Source of the DNA: Blasia pusilla
Taxonomy: Eukaryota
Length of the DNA: 64,000 nucleotides
Direction: 5' to 3'
Assembly (NCBI GenBank): GCA_050084515.1
Contig: CM114271.1
Coordinates: 8,246,001-8,310,000, forward strand
Every line of letters starts with the position of its first letter. The first letter of the stretch is position 1. The notes under the pieces are model-generated. The model was not told the origin of the DNA, ran no database searches, and was given only the letters and a program-made list of their open reading frames with translations. Shown one piece after another: positions 1-14,516 of this stretch. The translations under genes were made by a program, and so were the position numbers.

Positions 1-3000
1 TCTACGGAAGGTATGAGTGCTTCTCTGTCTGGACGACTGGCGATTTCACGGGATTGTTGCAACCGTGAAAATTGATTTTGCTGTAAAGCTTGTTCGTGTG
101 GGGAGAAGAATGAAGACCTAATGAGAGAGCGATAGCAATGCATTCGAGTCCAACCGTTGTACTACTAGATGCATCTTCGAATCCTTCACCTCCTTGTAAC
201 AGAGAGCATTGACGATGAATGGCAAAGGATGGCTGAATGACTAGAGCGTCTTGGGATCTCTCCTCACAGAAAATCAATATGCTGGTCTAGTATGTGATTT
301 ACTGTAAGCAGCAGTCATCTCGGAAGGAATTGAGTTCCACAAAGAAGAGAAGTTGCGGTCTTGAACACCCGTTTTGATCTGAACGAAATTTAGGTTTATC
401 AAATAGAGGAGGTCTTGCCCTTAATAATTGGCACTGCTGACAACCGTGTAGAGTTTGGCCTGACCATCGACTAACATCCAACGTCTCGGGAGACGCGGGT
501 GCTCTGGCTGCCCCTCCCGTTCTTCGACTGGCTATCAAATCTCTTGTCAATCCGAGACACTTCCCTGCCCATCGTGTTCTCTTCCCTGGTGGATTCGATT
601 TTCTTTCACGGTACTAAGCATGATCCGCCGAAGATAACCACACCAGCTTCCGATCCTGAAATGAAAAATTTAGTAGGATGGAATCTGAAGTTCAAAATCT
701 ATTCGTCAGGATTCCAAGAAATGATTGTCGAAATCCGTGGAATCAGTCAAAGCAACCGGCTTGGGACTGGGAAATCGGACAGGTCAAAGAGCTTGCTAGT
801 TCGTCGAAGCGATCCAACTTCCTCGCCATTTCCACCAGTTTTCAAGTTGTATGTGTGGACAACTGTTGTCACGATGAGGTGTTGGTCTTTTGAGAATTAA
901 CACCAGTTTTTTGTCTGGGTTTCAAATATTTATGAATGTGCTACAGCAGGTTTAAATTACCCTTCATTGAAATGTGAGCCATTCCCAATTGCGGTTTTTC
1001 GTTTTGTAGATTTAAAACACTGGACCCTCTACTCTAATCCCCACTGTTTTCTGTAGTACCGAGTATGAGTACTTTTTCTCCAGGATCCTGAACCAAGTTT
1101 GCATGAAGCTACCAATGCCGAGAACTTACAGCTCAATGGGCTTATCTTTAGGCCCATTTCAGACACCGATCAATAACTAGATTCTGAGACGAGCTTCACA
1201 AATCAAATTTCCAGTTCCACCGTTGAAAAATTGCAAGCTTACATATCAGCTATGAGAAGCGTTCCCACAGTCAAATTTAATTGCTCTTGGTAACAAGTTA
1301 GCAACTATGCATATGGGCAACATGACAGGCCAATGGGACAAAGGGATGAGATCTACCTATAGTCAGTTTCTGCTACTCATGCCAATGTTTGAAGCACCTA
1401 TTTGGCAGTCTGTCTACCTCTTCTGATGTTTGACATTCCTCTATAGACTCAGGACGTTCGAGACTGAGCAAGGAAAACAGCGCGGAGTGGCTACACGTGA
1501 GAGCATACACATTTTCTGCAATAGTTTTTTGTCGACATGGATCAAACTCCATCTCAAGTCTCAAGAAAGTGTCTCTTGAGGCTCAAGTGTGTTAAATTTT
1601 GTGTAGAGTAGGACTCCGTTGGAGATCACGCATTCCTACGAGGCTGGAGGATTATACTAGTCAACCATGTGACGTGGTTATCTAAGAGCATCCCACTACA
1701 AAAAGTGGGGAGTAGGAGCGAAAATGTGACCGTACTAGACACTCTAAATAACAATGTAAAATGAGAGAGGCCATGGAACTTCGCTTGTATATGGAGCCAG
1801 GTAGATTTTACGAGGGATGGGTCCATGTAAAGAAGAACTAGTCCTTATGTTCGGGAGATGCAAGTTGAAAGCAATCAATCATCGAGTTGGTGTGTGATGC
1901 GAGGTCAAACTAATCCTTTAATCAACCAATCATCGGGTCGGCATGCTTATCCAAAGCAGCATCATAACATTCTTATCGTCAATCATACAATTTTTTATAC
2001 ATCGTGAGAAAATAATCATACAATTTTTTATAACCCATGAGCATTTTCTGCGTTGGATAATTGGGATTAGTCTCAAAGACAGAAATCTGGAAAAGGATTC
2101 ATTACAAAATTTCCTCCCATGGATTTAGATTCAACCTTCCTTCCCCAAAAGAACCACCTCCTAAACCACTACCTCATGGTTAAAATCTACCTACTCATTT
2201 GGCCGTCCCTAATACTAAGTTACAATTTAAATTCATGGTGGTCCATAAAGATAAGTTATCATAAATTTCTTTGGAAAAAGAAGGAAAAATATCCATCAAG
2301 ACGAATACAATTGAACTCGCTAAATTATCATTGACTTACATGGTGGTCCATAAAGTTAATCTATCAAGAATTTGAATAAAAAAGAAGAAAAATGTGCATG
2401 AAACCCAACACCATTGAGGCACTATATGTTGGAAGATAAATTTATTTTAATAAATTTTTGAATACTAGATTTCTTAACCAGTGTGCGGCCTCTACGACGG
2501 GTGAAGAGAATAATTAATACATACGTGCATATGACACGTGGCCGGGAAAAAAAATGAGAGGAACTTGTAGAGGCCGTAATCACTAGAAAATATTTATTTT
2601 TTTACATCTACCAAAAACAATTTCTAATTTGAATGGATTAGGTCTTCCCATAATGTTTCTAATATTAATTTTGAAAACAAAAAAATTTCCAATCTAACAA
2701 CTCGGAATCCAAATCTCCCTAAGGTCTCGAGTCCCTAAGACCCATGAGCTTTTCACTATTTGCCCAAACGGTCCGACGGGCCTTTTTCATATAGATTTTA
2801 ATTTCCAATTGTAGATATGTAATTTTATTTCTTTAAAAAAATCACTCACTCATCATTTTTCCCATGTAAAAACTCATCTATTTTGAAAAAAATGATTATA
2901 AATATGGGTTTAGAATGGAAAATATCTACCAAGACTACTTCAATTAAAATAACACTACCTATTTGGTCTAAGATTCCTTTATTTTTCATAAGATTTCCTT

Positions 3001-3019
3001 TTTTTTTAATCAGTGTATG

Positions 3020-3094
3020 TGTCATACGCCTACTCTCCTTGAACGTTAATCTTTGTTGTTGCGGAAGCATGCGTTTAGTTGGACACGCTCTCAA
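3020..3094 (-). repeat. Short U5-end fragment of the chromovirus LTR family also seen at 16563, 43274 and 54188
   Basis: tgtcatacgcctactctccttgaacgttaatctttgttgttgcggaagcatgcg aligns by eye to the reverse complement of the LTR 3' end at ~55080-55151 and to 16563-16640. Confidence 0.75.
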
Positions 3095-4129
3095 AGACAA
3101 CTAACAATCTTTTGGTTCAATTATCGTCTCCTGTGTTCACATTTCACAAAGTTGGTCTTTATTTGAATCTTTCATTGAGATAAGATTGCTACTTCTGGTC
3201 AAATTATTTGCCAATGGTCCTCCAACAAAAATAGCCCTGGGCACAGCTTACTGTAGATTGAGAAAGGTAATGTGAAGAAACTTAGGCTCACATGGAGAGT
3301 GATGGAAAAATGTTTGTAGTGGTCTTATGATGTCTACTTGTTTTTCGCCCCCAGGAAAAAAAAAAGGTTTCTTTAGGCCCGAATGTGGACCACTACCTAC
3401 TCTCTTCTAAAGATTTCATGAATTTGAAAGCAAACAAAAATTTCAAATATGTCAAAACTTTTGAAGAGAGGAGGGGGATTTTGCCCTTTTTTTTAAGAGA
3501 GACTCTCCTCTCTTTCTCTCTTCCTCTCCTCTCTTACTCTCTCCTGCCAGAATACCATGGTTGATGTTGAAATTGAACATCGGATTCGAGAGCACGAGGA
3601 AGAGCAACAACGGAAAACTTCAAGCGAATCCAATCAGCCCAACACTTCTCCTAACACAACCTATGATCCATTTGATTGTTGCACCAGTAGGAGTTCATAA
3701 TTATTCCACAGAGTCTAGTGAACCTCCACAATCTTTAAGCGTTGAAACGGTGGACTTAGTTGATGAGCCTAATGATAATGATGTTCTCATACCTTTTGTT
3801 CCAAATTCTCAACCCATCAGTCATGGCATAGATAGTTCTTAAATTTCCTCTGCTGATGAAATAACAGCAATAGGAACTTGTCGCCAATCCACCCAACTTC
3901 GAACTATTGAGCCGCCAAATTACCGCTTACATCTTAATCCACCGGACCCAACCATAGACCTAAACTAGAAGAGTAATTAGTGAATTTAGTGAGACGGATT
4001 AGTAGATAGTTGTAGCAAACTTGTTTTATGTTGAGTATTGTAAGAATGTCATTTTATGACATTCCTTTTTATAACCTTCTCGCTAATAAAGCATTGATTT
4101 TTACATTGAAGGTCAAATTGGTAAGTGTG

Positions 4130-7100
4130 ATTTTGAGCTCGTGGTCATAACTCCATTTTGCTAAAAACTTTGCAAGAGTGATACAAAGACAACTTGGGAA
4201 AGTTGGACATGATGAAAATGAAAAAACTTTCTTTTCATTAAAGGTTTTATGGCTCGGGGCCAAAAAGTACTTACCTATTTTTGAGGTTTTGGTCACAACT
4301 CTATTTTGGGTGAAACTTGGCAAGACTACTAGATACATCTTGGAGACCATGTGGGCCAAATTTCAGCTCAAGATGGAAAAGTTGGACAACGTGAAAAATG
4401 AAAAGACCTTTTTGTTCCAAGTTCGGGTCCAAAAGGGAGTTAGTAATTTGTGCGGATTTGCTCACAATTCCATTTTTTCTTGAAACTTGGCAAGAGACTA
4501 ACATGCACCTTGGGAAAAATTTGGGCCAAATTTCTGCTCAAGATGGGAAAGTTGGACAAGATGAAACATGAAAAAAACCCTATTCTCATTTAAGGTTGTA
4601 TCGTTCGGGTCAAAAAAGGATATTTTATTTTTTTAGGTTTTGCTCCCAACTCTATTTTGCTTGAAACTTAGCAATAATCCTAGATGTAGATTGAAATCAA
4701 TGTGATCCAAATTTCAGCTCAAGATCTGAAAGTTGGACAAGATGAAAAATGAGAAAATCTTATTTATATAGAATTTCTCATTGTTCGAGTCCAAAAAGGA
4801 GTTATTAATTTGTGAGGTTTTTCTCACAACTCCATTTTGCTTTAAACTTGGCAATACTGTAACATACACCTTAAGGACCATGTGGGCTGAATTTCAGCTC
4901 AAAATGGGAAAGTTGGACAAGATGAAAAATGAAGAAACCCTATTTTCATTCAAGGTTTGATACTCAGGTCCAAGAAGGACTTACCAATTATTGAGGTTTA
5001 CTCCTAGCTCCATTCTTCTTGAAACTTGGCAAGAATGCTACATGCACCTTGGAGACTATATGGGCCACATTTCAGCTCAAGATGAGAAAGTTGAACAAGA
5101 GGAAAAATGAAAAGACCTTCTTTTTATTCAAGATTCGAAGGTTCGGGTCAAAAAAGAACTTGCTAATTAGTGAGTTTGTGGTCCCAACTCCATTTTTCTT
5201 GAAAGTTGGCAAGAGGGTTAGATGCATCTTGGAGACCATGTGGGCCAAAGTTTAGCTCAAGATGGGAAATTTGGACAAGATGAAAAATGAAAAAACCTTA
5301 ATTCTTTGGAAGGTCTTATGGTCCGGGTCAAAAAAGGACTTACCAATTTTTGAGCTTGTAGTACTATCTCCATTTTTCTTGAAACTTGGAAAGAGAGCTA
5401 GATGCACCTTGGAGACCCTATGGGCCAAATTTTAGTTGAAGATGGGAAAGTTGGACGAGATGGAAAGTGAAAAATCCTTATTTTGATATAAGGTCTTGTG
5501 GTTCAGATCAAAAAAGGATTTACCAATTTTTGAGCTCGTGGTCCCAACTTCATTTTTCTTGAAACAAAGCAAGAAGGTTAGATGGTCCTTGGAGACCGTG
5601 TGAGCCAAATTTGAGCTCAAGATGGGAAAGTTGGACAAGATGAAAAATGAAAAAACCATAATTCTTTGGAAGGTCTAATGGTTTGGGTCAAAAAAGAACT
5701 TACCAATTTTGGAGCTTGTAGTCCCATCTCCATTTTCGTTGAAACTTGGCAAGAGTGTTTCATGCACCTTGGAGACCCTGTGGGCTAAAATGCAGCTCAA
5801 GATGGGAAAGTTGCACAAGAGGAAAAAGGAAAAAATGTTATTTTGATACAAGGTTTGATGGTTTGGGTCCAAAAAGAGTTATTAATTTGTGAGGTTTTGT
5901 TCACAAGTCCATTTTGCTTGAAACTTGGCAAGAGAGGAATATGAAGTTTGGGGAAAAAGTGGGCCAAATTTCAGCTCAATATGAGAAATGTGGACAACAT
6001 GAAAAATGAAAAAACTTTAATTTGATAGAAGGTCTGATGGTTTGAGTAAAAAAAAAGACTTATTAATTTGTGAGGTTTTGCTCACATCTCCATTTTATGT
6101 GAAACTTGGCAAGAGTAGAACATGAACCTTGGGAATTAGGTTGGAAAAATTTGAGCTCAAGATGATAAAGTTGGACATGATGAAAAATGAAAAAAAAATC
6201 TTTTAATTTAAGGTTTGATGGTTCACGTCAAGAAAGGACTTGCCAATTTTTGAGCTTATGGTCCCAACTCCATTTTGCTTGAAACTTGGCAATAGGGTTA
6301 GATGCACCTTGGAGACCATGTGGGCCAAATTGCAGTTTAAGATGAGAAATTTGGACAAGATGAAAAATGATAAAACCTTGTTTCTATAACTAGAAGGTAT
6401 AATTCTAATCTGATGGTTTGGGTTAGAAAAAGGACTTGGCAATTTTTGAGCTTGTGGTCCCATCTTCATTTTGCTTGAAATTTTTCCGGAGTGCTCCATG
6501 CATGTTGGAGGCCTTGTGGGCCAAAGTGCAGCTCAAGATGGGAAAGTCGGACAAGATGAAAAAAAAATATTTTGATAAAAGGTTCGGGTCAAAAAATGAC
6601 TTACCAATTTTTTAGCTTGTGGTCCCATCTCCATTTTGCTTGAAACTTGGCAAGAGTGCTACGTGCATGTTGGAGACCCTGTGGGCCAAAGTGTAGCTCA
6701 AGATGGGAAAGTTGGACAAGATGAAAAATTAAAAAATATTAATTTGATAAAAGGCCCGATGGTTCGAGTAAAAAAAGGAGATATTAATTTTTGAGGTTTT
6801 GCTCACAACTCCATTTTTCTTGAAACTTGGCAAGAGTAGAACATGAATCTTGGGCATCATGTTTGCTAAATTTGAGCTCAAGATGATAAAGTTAGACAAA
6901 ATGAACAATTAAAAAACCTGATTTTCATAAGAGGTCTAATGGTTCGGGTCCTAAAAGGACTTGGCACTTTTTGAGCTTGTGGTCCCAACTCCATTTTGCT
7001 TTAAACTTAGCAAGAATGCTACATGCACCTTGGAGACCTTGTGGGCCAAATATCAACTCAAGATGGGAAATTTGGACAAGAGGACAAATTAAAAGACCTT

Positions 7101-10100
7101 AATTTGATAGAAGGTCTGATGGTTCAGGTCAAAAAGGACTTACCAATTTTTGGGCTTTTGATCCCAGCTCCATTTTTCTTAAAACTTTGCAAGAGTGTTT
7201 CGTGCACCTTGGAGACCATGTGGGCCAAAGTGCAGCTGAAGATGGGAAAGTTGGACAAGAGGAAAAATGAAAAAACCTTAATTTGTCAGAAGTATTATTG
7301 GTTCGAGTCCAAAAAGAAGTTATTAATTTGAGAAGTTTTGGTCACAACTCCATTTTTCTTGAAACTTGGCAAGAGTGGAACATGCACCCTGAAGACAACG
7401 TTGGCCAAATTCAAGCTCAATATGGGAAACTTGGACAAGATGAAAAATAAAAAAACCTTAATTTGATAGAAGGTCTGATGGTTTGGGTCAAAAAAGGACT
7501 TATTAATCTGTAAGGTTTTCCTCACAACTCCATTTTTCTTTAAAATTGGCAAGATTAGAACATGAAATTTGGGGATCCTTTTTGGCCAAAGTTGAGCTCA
7601 AGAGGAGAAAGTTGGAGATGATGAAAAAAGAAAAAACCTTATTTTCATAGAAGGTCTGATGGTTCGGGTCCTAAAAGAACTTGGAGATTTTTGAGCTTGT
7701 GGTCCCAACTCCATATTGCTTAAAACTTGGCAAGAAAGCTACATGCACCTTGGAGACAATGTGGGAAAATTTTAGGTCCAAAAAAGAGTTATTAATTTGT
7801 GAGGTTTTTCTCACGGCTTCATTTTGCTTGAAACTTGGCAAGTGTGGAACATGCACTTTCAAGACAATATGGACCAAATTTCAGCTCAAGATGGGAAATT
7901 TGGACAAGATGAAAAATGAAAAAACCTTAATTTGATATAAGGTCTCATAGTTCAAGTAAAAAAAGGACTTATTAATCTATGAGGTTTTGCTCACAATTCC
8001 ATTTTTCTTGAAACTAGGCAAGAAGGTAACATGCACCTTGGGGAAAATTTGGGCCAAATTTTAGCTCAATATGGAAAATTTGGACAAGATAAAAAAATGA
8101 GAAAACCTTAATTTGATACAAGGTCTTATGTTTGGGGTAATAGAAGGACTTATTAATTTTTTAGGTTTGGTCACAACTCCATTTTGCTTGAAACTTGGCA
8201 AGAGTAGAACATGAACTTTGGGGATCATGTTGGCCAAATTTTAGCTCAAGATGATAAATGTGGACAAGATTAAAAATGAGAAAACCTTATTCCTATAGAA
8301 GGTCTGATGGTTCGAGTCCTAAAAGGACTTAGAAATGTTTAAGCTTGTGGTCCCAACTTCATTTTGCTTGAAACTTGGAAAGAATAGAACATGCACCTCG
8401 GGGACAAATTGGGCCAAATTTTAGCTCAAGATGGGAAATTTGGAGAAGATGAAAACTGAAAAAATCCTTATTTTGATAAAAAAAAAAAAAGGTGATGTTT
8501 CAAGTCCAAAAAGGAGTTATTAATTTGTGAGGTTTTTCTCACAACCCCATTTTGCTTGAAACTTGGAAAAAGTGGAACATGCTCCGTGGGGAAAATGTGG
8601 GCCAAATTGCAGCTCAAGATGGGAAAGTTGGAGAAGATGAAAAATGAAAAAACCTTAATTTGATACAAGGTCTCATGGTTGGGGTCAAAAAAAGGACTTA
8701 TTAATTTGTGAGGTTTTTTTCACAACTCCATTTTTTTGAAACTTGGAAAGAATAGAACATGATCCTAGGGAATCATGCTGGCCAAATTTGAGCTCAAGAT
8801 GAGAAATGTGGACAAGATGAAAAATGAGAAAACCTTATTTCTATAGAAGGTATGATATCGATGGTACAGGTCCTAGAAGGACTTGGAAATGTTTGAGCTT
8901 GTGGTCCCAACTCCATTGTGCTTGAAACTTGGCAAGAGTGCTACATGAATCTTGGAGACCATGTGGGCCTAAGTGCAGCTCAAGATGAAAAAGTTAGACA
9001 AGATGAAAATTTTAAAAACCTTAATTTGATAAAAGGTCCGATGGTTTGGGGAAAAAAAGGTTTTGTTCACAACTCCATTTTGCTTGAGACTTGGCAAGAG
9101 CAGAGCATGAACCTTGGGGATCATGTTTGCCAAATTTGAGCTCAAGATGATGAATTTTGGCAAGATGAGAAATGAGAAAACCTTGTTTTTATAGAAGGTC
9201 TTATGGTTCAAGTCCAAAAAGGAGTTATTAATTTGTGAGGTTTTTTTCATAACTCCATTTTTCTTCACACTTGGTGAGAGTAGAACATGAACATTGGGGA
9301 TCATATTGGCCAAATTTGAGCTCAAGATGAGAAAGTTCGACAAGATGAAAAATGAAAAAACCTAAATTTCAAAGAAGGCCTGATTGTTCCGGTCCTAAAA
9401 GGACTTGGGCATTTTTTAGCTTGTGGTTCCAAATCCATTTTTCCTTTAACTTGGCAAGAGTGCTACATGCACCTTGGATACCCTTTGGGCCAAATTTCAG
9501 CTCAAAGATGGGAATTTTGGACAAGATGAAAAATGAAAAAACCTTAATTTGATAGAAGGTCTGAGGGTTCAGGTAAAAAAAGAACTTACCAATTTTTGAG
9601 CTTTTGCTTCCGGCTCCATTTTAATTGAAACTTGGCAAGAGTGCTTCATGCACCTTGGAGACCACGTGGGCCTGATTTAAACTCAAGATGGGAAATCTGG
9701 ACAAGAGAAAAAATGAAAAGACCTTTATTTGATAGAAGGTCTGATGGTTCAAGTCAAAAAAGGACTTGCCAATTTTTTAGCTTGTGGTACCATCTCCATT
9801 TTGCTTGGAACTTGGAAAGAATTCTACATGGATGTTGGAGACCATGTGGGCCAAAGTGCAACTCAAGATGGGAAATTTGGACAAGATGAAAAATGAAAAA
9901 AAATCTTAATTTGATAAAAAGCCGGATGGTTCAGGTAAAAAAAAATGACTTGGCAATTTTTTAGCTTCTGTTTCCAACTCCATTTTGCTTGAAACTGGGC
10001 AAGAGTGGAATATTTTGAGAGAAGGTCTGATGTTTCAAGTCCTAAAAGGACTTGGAAAATTTTGAGCTTGTGGTTCGAGCTCCATTTGGCTTGAAACTCC

Positions 10101-10303
10101 GCAAGAGTGTTTCATTCACCTTGGAGAGCATGTGAGCCAAATTTGAGCTCAAGATGAAATCTTTGGACAAGATGAAAAATTAAAGATATTTTTTTCATTC
10201 AAGGTTTAGTGCTCTGGGTCCAAAAGGTCGTTTTTAAAGTTGTGGTCACAACTTGATTTGGGTTGAGACTTTGCAAGAGTGATAGATGTAACTTGGGGAC
10301 CAT
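4130..10303. repeat. Tandem satellite array, ~180-bp monomer, ~34 copies, a few truncated
   Basis: The motif ctcaagatgggaaagttggacaagatgaaaaatgaaaaa recurs at ~180-bp spacing (e.g. ~4537, 4717, 4897, 5076, 5256, 5436, 5616, 5796). The many short ORFs here are translations of the repeat. Confidence 0.97.
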
Positions 10304-11156
10304 CTATACTATTCTATAAGATCTCAGAAGAGTTATTCCATTTCACTTCTGTAAGTAATTATTTTAATGGAGAAGGAAAAGATTTGGTTCAAATTTTATG
10401 GAAGGGTGAATTTACTTACGGGACTAGGATATCATTTACATTTGATTTAAGGGAAATTCAATTTCCCTTTCCGTTACATATGAATCACGGTACAAATAAT
10501 TTCTTTATCTAACATTTTCAATTAAAAAAAATATTCATCGAACTGAAAATAGAAAAGTAAGGTACTGATACTAGATAAGTTTGCCATAAGAACTAGCGAT
10601 AAACTTATCGCACGGTAATATTCATATTCTCATATTACAGTATTTAATAACAAATTTATTTAATAACAAATTCTGTTTTCTATTCCTCCCAAATATCTTT
10701 CGAATTCTACCCCATGCAATATTGGTCAGTAAACACAATTCATAAATTATTTTCCTTTACAATTCAATTCAAACTTAAAATTTCCTTCATTAATTTTGGG
10801 GAAAAAAATTATCCCTTTTCCAATCCCCATCTTTCAATAAATAAAAGAAAATCACTTCTTTTGATGAGTTAGTAAATTTGGAGGAGTTAGTAATATTTAA
10901 AATATTTAAAATAATATAAAAAAACATTTCAATTATGGTATCCTCCACCTTATGCGAGAACTTATAACCCTAGAGAAAACTTTCATCCATTTTATGGACA
11001 ATATTTGTGACCGTCTCACATTCACAAGTCTCCTCAATGGGATTTTTCTTTAAAAATACATTTACAACAAATGAGGAGTATCCCACAAAACATCTGGATT
11101 GAGAGGAACCTAATACTTATCTACATTAAAAAGATATAAATATGAACTCATTCTCT

Positions 11157-13040
11157 CTAATCTGATTCATCATCAGATATATGTAACATCGGTGGAGACG
11201 TCTCACCAACTCTTCCTCCTCTTCCCCTAGCTCTAGTCATGTGTGTCCTACCTCCATGAGGAATAGTCCTTTCCAACTCAACATCGGCTTCTTCATCATG
11301 TGTTTCTTGTGTTGGCTATGTCGGAAACATCTCCCACTCTCTCTCTCTGAATCCAAAGAGTAACTCCTGCATTCGACGAGGGTAATCGTACGTTCAAGGA
11401 TATCCGCCTTCAATCCTTTGAGGAATATCTTGCCATAGGAGAGGTGGCAAGATCAATTCGAGTCTCCTCAAAAAAAGGTCATCCACCAATGGATTTTTAT
11501 GATGGTTTAGCACAAGTTTTCGAGTTGTGTTGAGGGCGTCTCAAAATTCTTATGGGTTCAACCCTTGAGCAAGAAGAGGTTTTCCGCCTCTCAATTTTGG
11601 AGATCAATGGCTATTCCGTGGATGAGCTCTCCTCGATCGTATATGCCAACGAAGCGGACCAATCATGCTCGCATTGCCCCATCAATCCTCTATTGATGAG
11701 GGATTTCTGCTTTAACCACCTGTTCTATGTTCACTTCGGGGTTATAATTTGATCGGGGGCTACTATGTCCCAAACTGAAAGTGAATTTTTCTTGCTCTTG
11801 GGTTTGCTTGCAATATGTGGGTGGTGCATTGCCATGTGGAGTGCAGAAAGATATGCTGAAAAGGTGATAGAGTCTTCCTAACCAAGCTTGTCTACAAGTT
11901 GGACACTTGTGAGTTAGTAGCATGGCCTTTTGAAGACAATATGGATTCCAATAACAAGCTTTACATGTGCCTGTCTTGTAGCAACCTTCTACAACAATGG
12001 GGTTGAAGCTGATGATGCATTTGGGATAGTTTTTTGGCGTGAGAGGCCCTCCTTCACTTATTGCGATTGCCTTCATCAAATTTGGAAGATCTTGCACTTG
12101 GGTGCTCGGATAAAGAGGTGTTGGTGCCAACATCGTATAGGCATAGTTCGCATCGTTTGGATCTACGACATTGTCCCATGTTGCGCGTAGAGCTGGAGGT
12201 CACAACTGCTCGATCGGTTGAAATAAGATCATATCAACCTCCTTCACGAGACGAACCTCAAGTAGAGTTGTCTTAGGGGTGAGTTCTCCCATGTTACCCC
12301 TAGCTCTCCATCGCAACAATTCATCCATCTCTTGTTGTCATCTTCCCATGATGTTCTCGTATACTCTCCTCCACTGCTCCGTGTGGTCAACCATTATAGC
12401 TCTTTACCTTCTATAGAGGTCATCTCTAACAATAGATTTGTTCAAAAATCTCTCCATCTCTCTCTTCAATCTGATGTGCTCCTCACATAGCTGTTCATAC
12501 TTCCCCCTCAAAATGTTGTATTGCGCGGCTAAATCAACATTGCGTTGGGAATTTGTTATTAAACTCTCCAATTGTGATAGACGAGATATTACCTCGCTAT
12601 TATCTTGAGCACTCTGCCCACAAAAGTTTATGGGAGGAGTATCGCTATGTACATGGCGATCAAAACTCTCCCCAGGCTCATCAAAGCTTGTACTACGACC
12701 TACATAGAGGTCATTCAAACCATCTCGTCTACCCTTTGCCCCCATTGTCACTCGCCCTTTATCTCCACTCTCATCTTGTATATCTTCTTCAACACGAAGA
12801 TTTCTTCTCTGACCATCCAAGGAAGATAATAGTATGGCTCTAAGGCTCCTTGACAATCCACCTTGTTGATAATGGCGTGATGACGCTCGTGGCAATGAAG
12901 CTTCCACTCTTGCTCGTTTAAAGTGTGGGCGCGGGGTTATATTATATTTTTCTCTTGGTCTCTTATCTCTTCTCGAATACCCCCCTTCCGTCGTCTTCAT
13001 TGTCGTGAGGGTTACGGTCTTCATGAGGTGGCAACTCCAT
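11157..13040 (-). pseudogene. Decayed ORF with coiled-coil region and degenerate RING-type zinc finger
   Basis: ORF 12404-13024 has a coiled-coil-like heptad stretch (SQLESLITNSQRNVDLAAQYNILRGKYEQLCEEHIRLKREME). ORF 11690-12133 has CIIS..CKACYWNPYCL..KCPTCR with RING-like Cys spacing. An acidic C-terminus ISDDESD* ends at 11157. The pieces are separated by stops/frameshifts. Confidence 0.55.
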
Positions 13041-13234
13041 CTTATCTTTTATCAAAATACAAAAAGAAAGGTGATTTAGAAATGATTCCAATAACAGTTA
13101 TACGATGACACACAATACATTCGTACATCAATCAAGCTTAATCATTTACAAAATTTCATAATAACTTATCCATCTTTTTGGACCTAGTCTTTCATTTCTC
13201 ATGGAAAATATCCAATCCTCAAACGGATTTACAA

Positions 13235-14300
13235 TCACACTACCACTACTCTTGGCCTTAATCCCCAATCTACATCGTCTACACCTAATACTTTTGCATT
13301 TGCTCTAATATATGCAATAAGAAACTCTAAGCTTTTGCAATCAGAGGGATTCGGAGCTAATACCCACTTTTGAATACTTTCCAAATAATTAAATCTCACG
13401 TTCGCTTGGGCCTCCATGGTACCAAGAAGGGCAACCACAAGCTGGATGACATTTGATGCTATTGCAAGATATCTCATCTTTTCCAACTCTCCTAGATTAC
13501 CCCCCCTTCTTCAAGTTATGGCATGCTCGCAGCTTGTTTTCGAGGTGTCCATCATTCCAATATGAAAAAAAAAGCACGCGGTGGATCCTCAATCAACCTT
13601 CCCACCATGCCAACAACACCGCGATGTAAAATACTCGCAAATAACTCCTACGCATCATCGATTTCCTGGATCCTGATCGAGATGATTCCTTCTAAACCTT
13701 CATGCAATAGTACATTTCTTCCCTAAAGCCATGGATTCCGTTTATTTTACAACGGTACACAATTTCGTGTAAACCGATTTCCACGATATCGCTCGAGTCA
13801 TGTCCTACTACCACATTCTTATAAAAAAATCAATGTTATTGCACATGGAACGGTCAATGTTAGCCCTAGAGAAGTATTACCTCCCTTCAAAAGACGTTGA
13901 ACACATCTTAACTCTATACAAAATCTTTCTAGTAGAGCCGACTCTACAGCATTGTGCTTCTCATCCTTACATGTCTTGAGATTGACGTACGCTCTCCAGG
14001 TTAACGCCTTGTTGGGCACAAAGTTTAGTCAACCTATCAGCCTCCGCGGCATCCATTTCCTAGTCAAATGCCTTTGCCACTCTATTGTAAAATCTCTACA
14101 ATTCCAAGGTGTAGTCATGGAAACCATCCATACCCCTCGAAACGTAGGATTGTCTCTTATCTAAAAAAAGCTCAAAAAATCAATCTAACCATGCCTCTCT
14201 TCCGGCTATATAGAAATCATTCCTTGAATTTGCTCTTTGCCTCTTGGCACCAACATTGGACTCATTTTGGTTCTCTCGCTCTCGATGATCCAGCCCCACT
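13235..14300 (-). pseudogene. Decayed protein-kinase-like N-lobe remnant
   Basis: Manual minus-strand translation across frameshifts gives IVEIGLHEIVYRCKI (Gly-loop-like), YCMKV*K (VAxK-like), SILHRGVVGMVG (LxHxNIVxLxG-like) and YWNDGHL (hinge-like). No HRD/DFG motifs seen. Confidence 0.4.
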
Positions 14301-14516
14301 AGACATTTCTCTCGGGTGAAGAAGATAATAAAATATTATAAAAATACAAGGGAAAGAAATGTACGAGTTGAGATAAGTAAATACCGAAAAGATAATGACG
14401 CAAGATGCTAAAATAATGGCTGAGAATGTATGGACGCGTGAATGATGGAACGTTGGTCTAAGTTTAGGGTTGGGCACTCAAAGGGAATAGGTAGATATCG
14501 GCGTGTTTAGATAAGG

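Noticed and set aside
1-1950. Short ORFs such as 499-900
   Set aside because: No recognisable domain or consistent reading frame on either strand.
2581-2590. cactagaaaa as a CACTA terminus
   Set aside because: No matching opposite end or CACTA transposase found in the window.
3557-3970. ORF remnant after a CT-rich leader
   Set aside because: Low complexity, frameshifted, no recognisable homology.
4130-10303. Satellite as a CRISPR array or as protein-coding ORFs
   Set aside because: The whole monomer repeats with no unique spacers, there are no cas genes, and the ORFs are just repeat translations.
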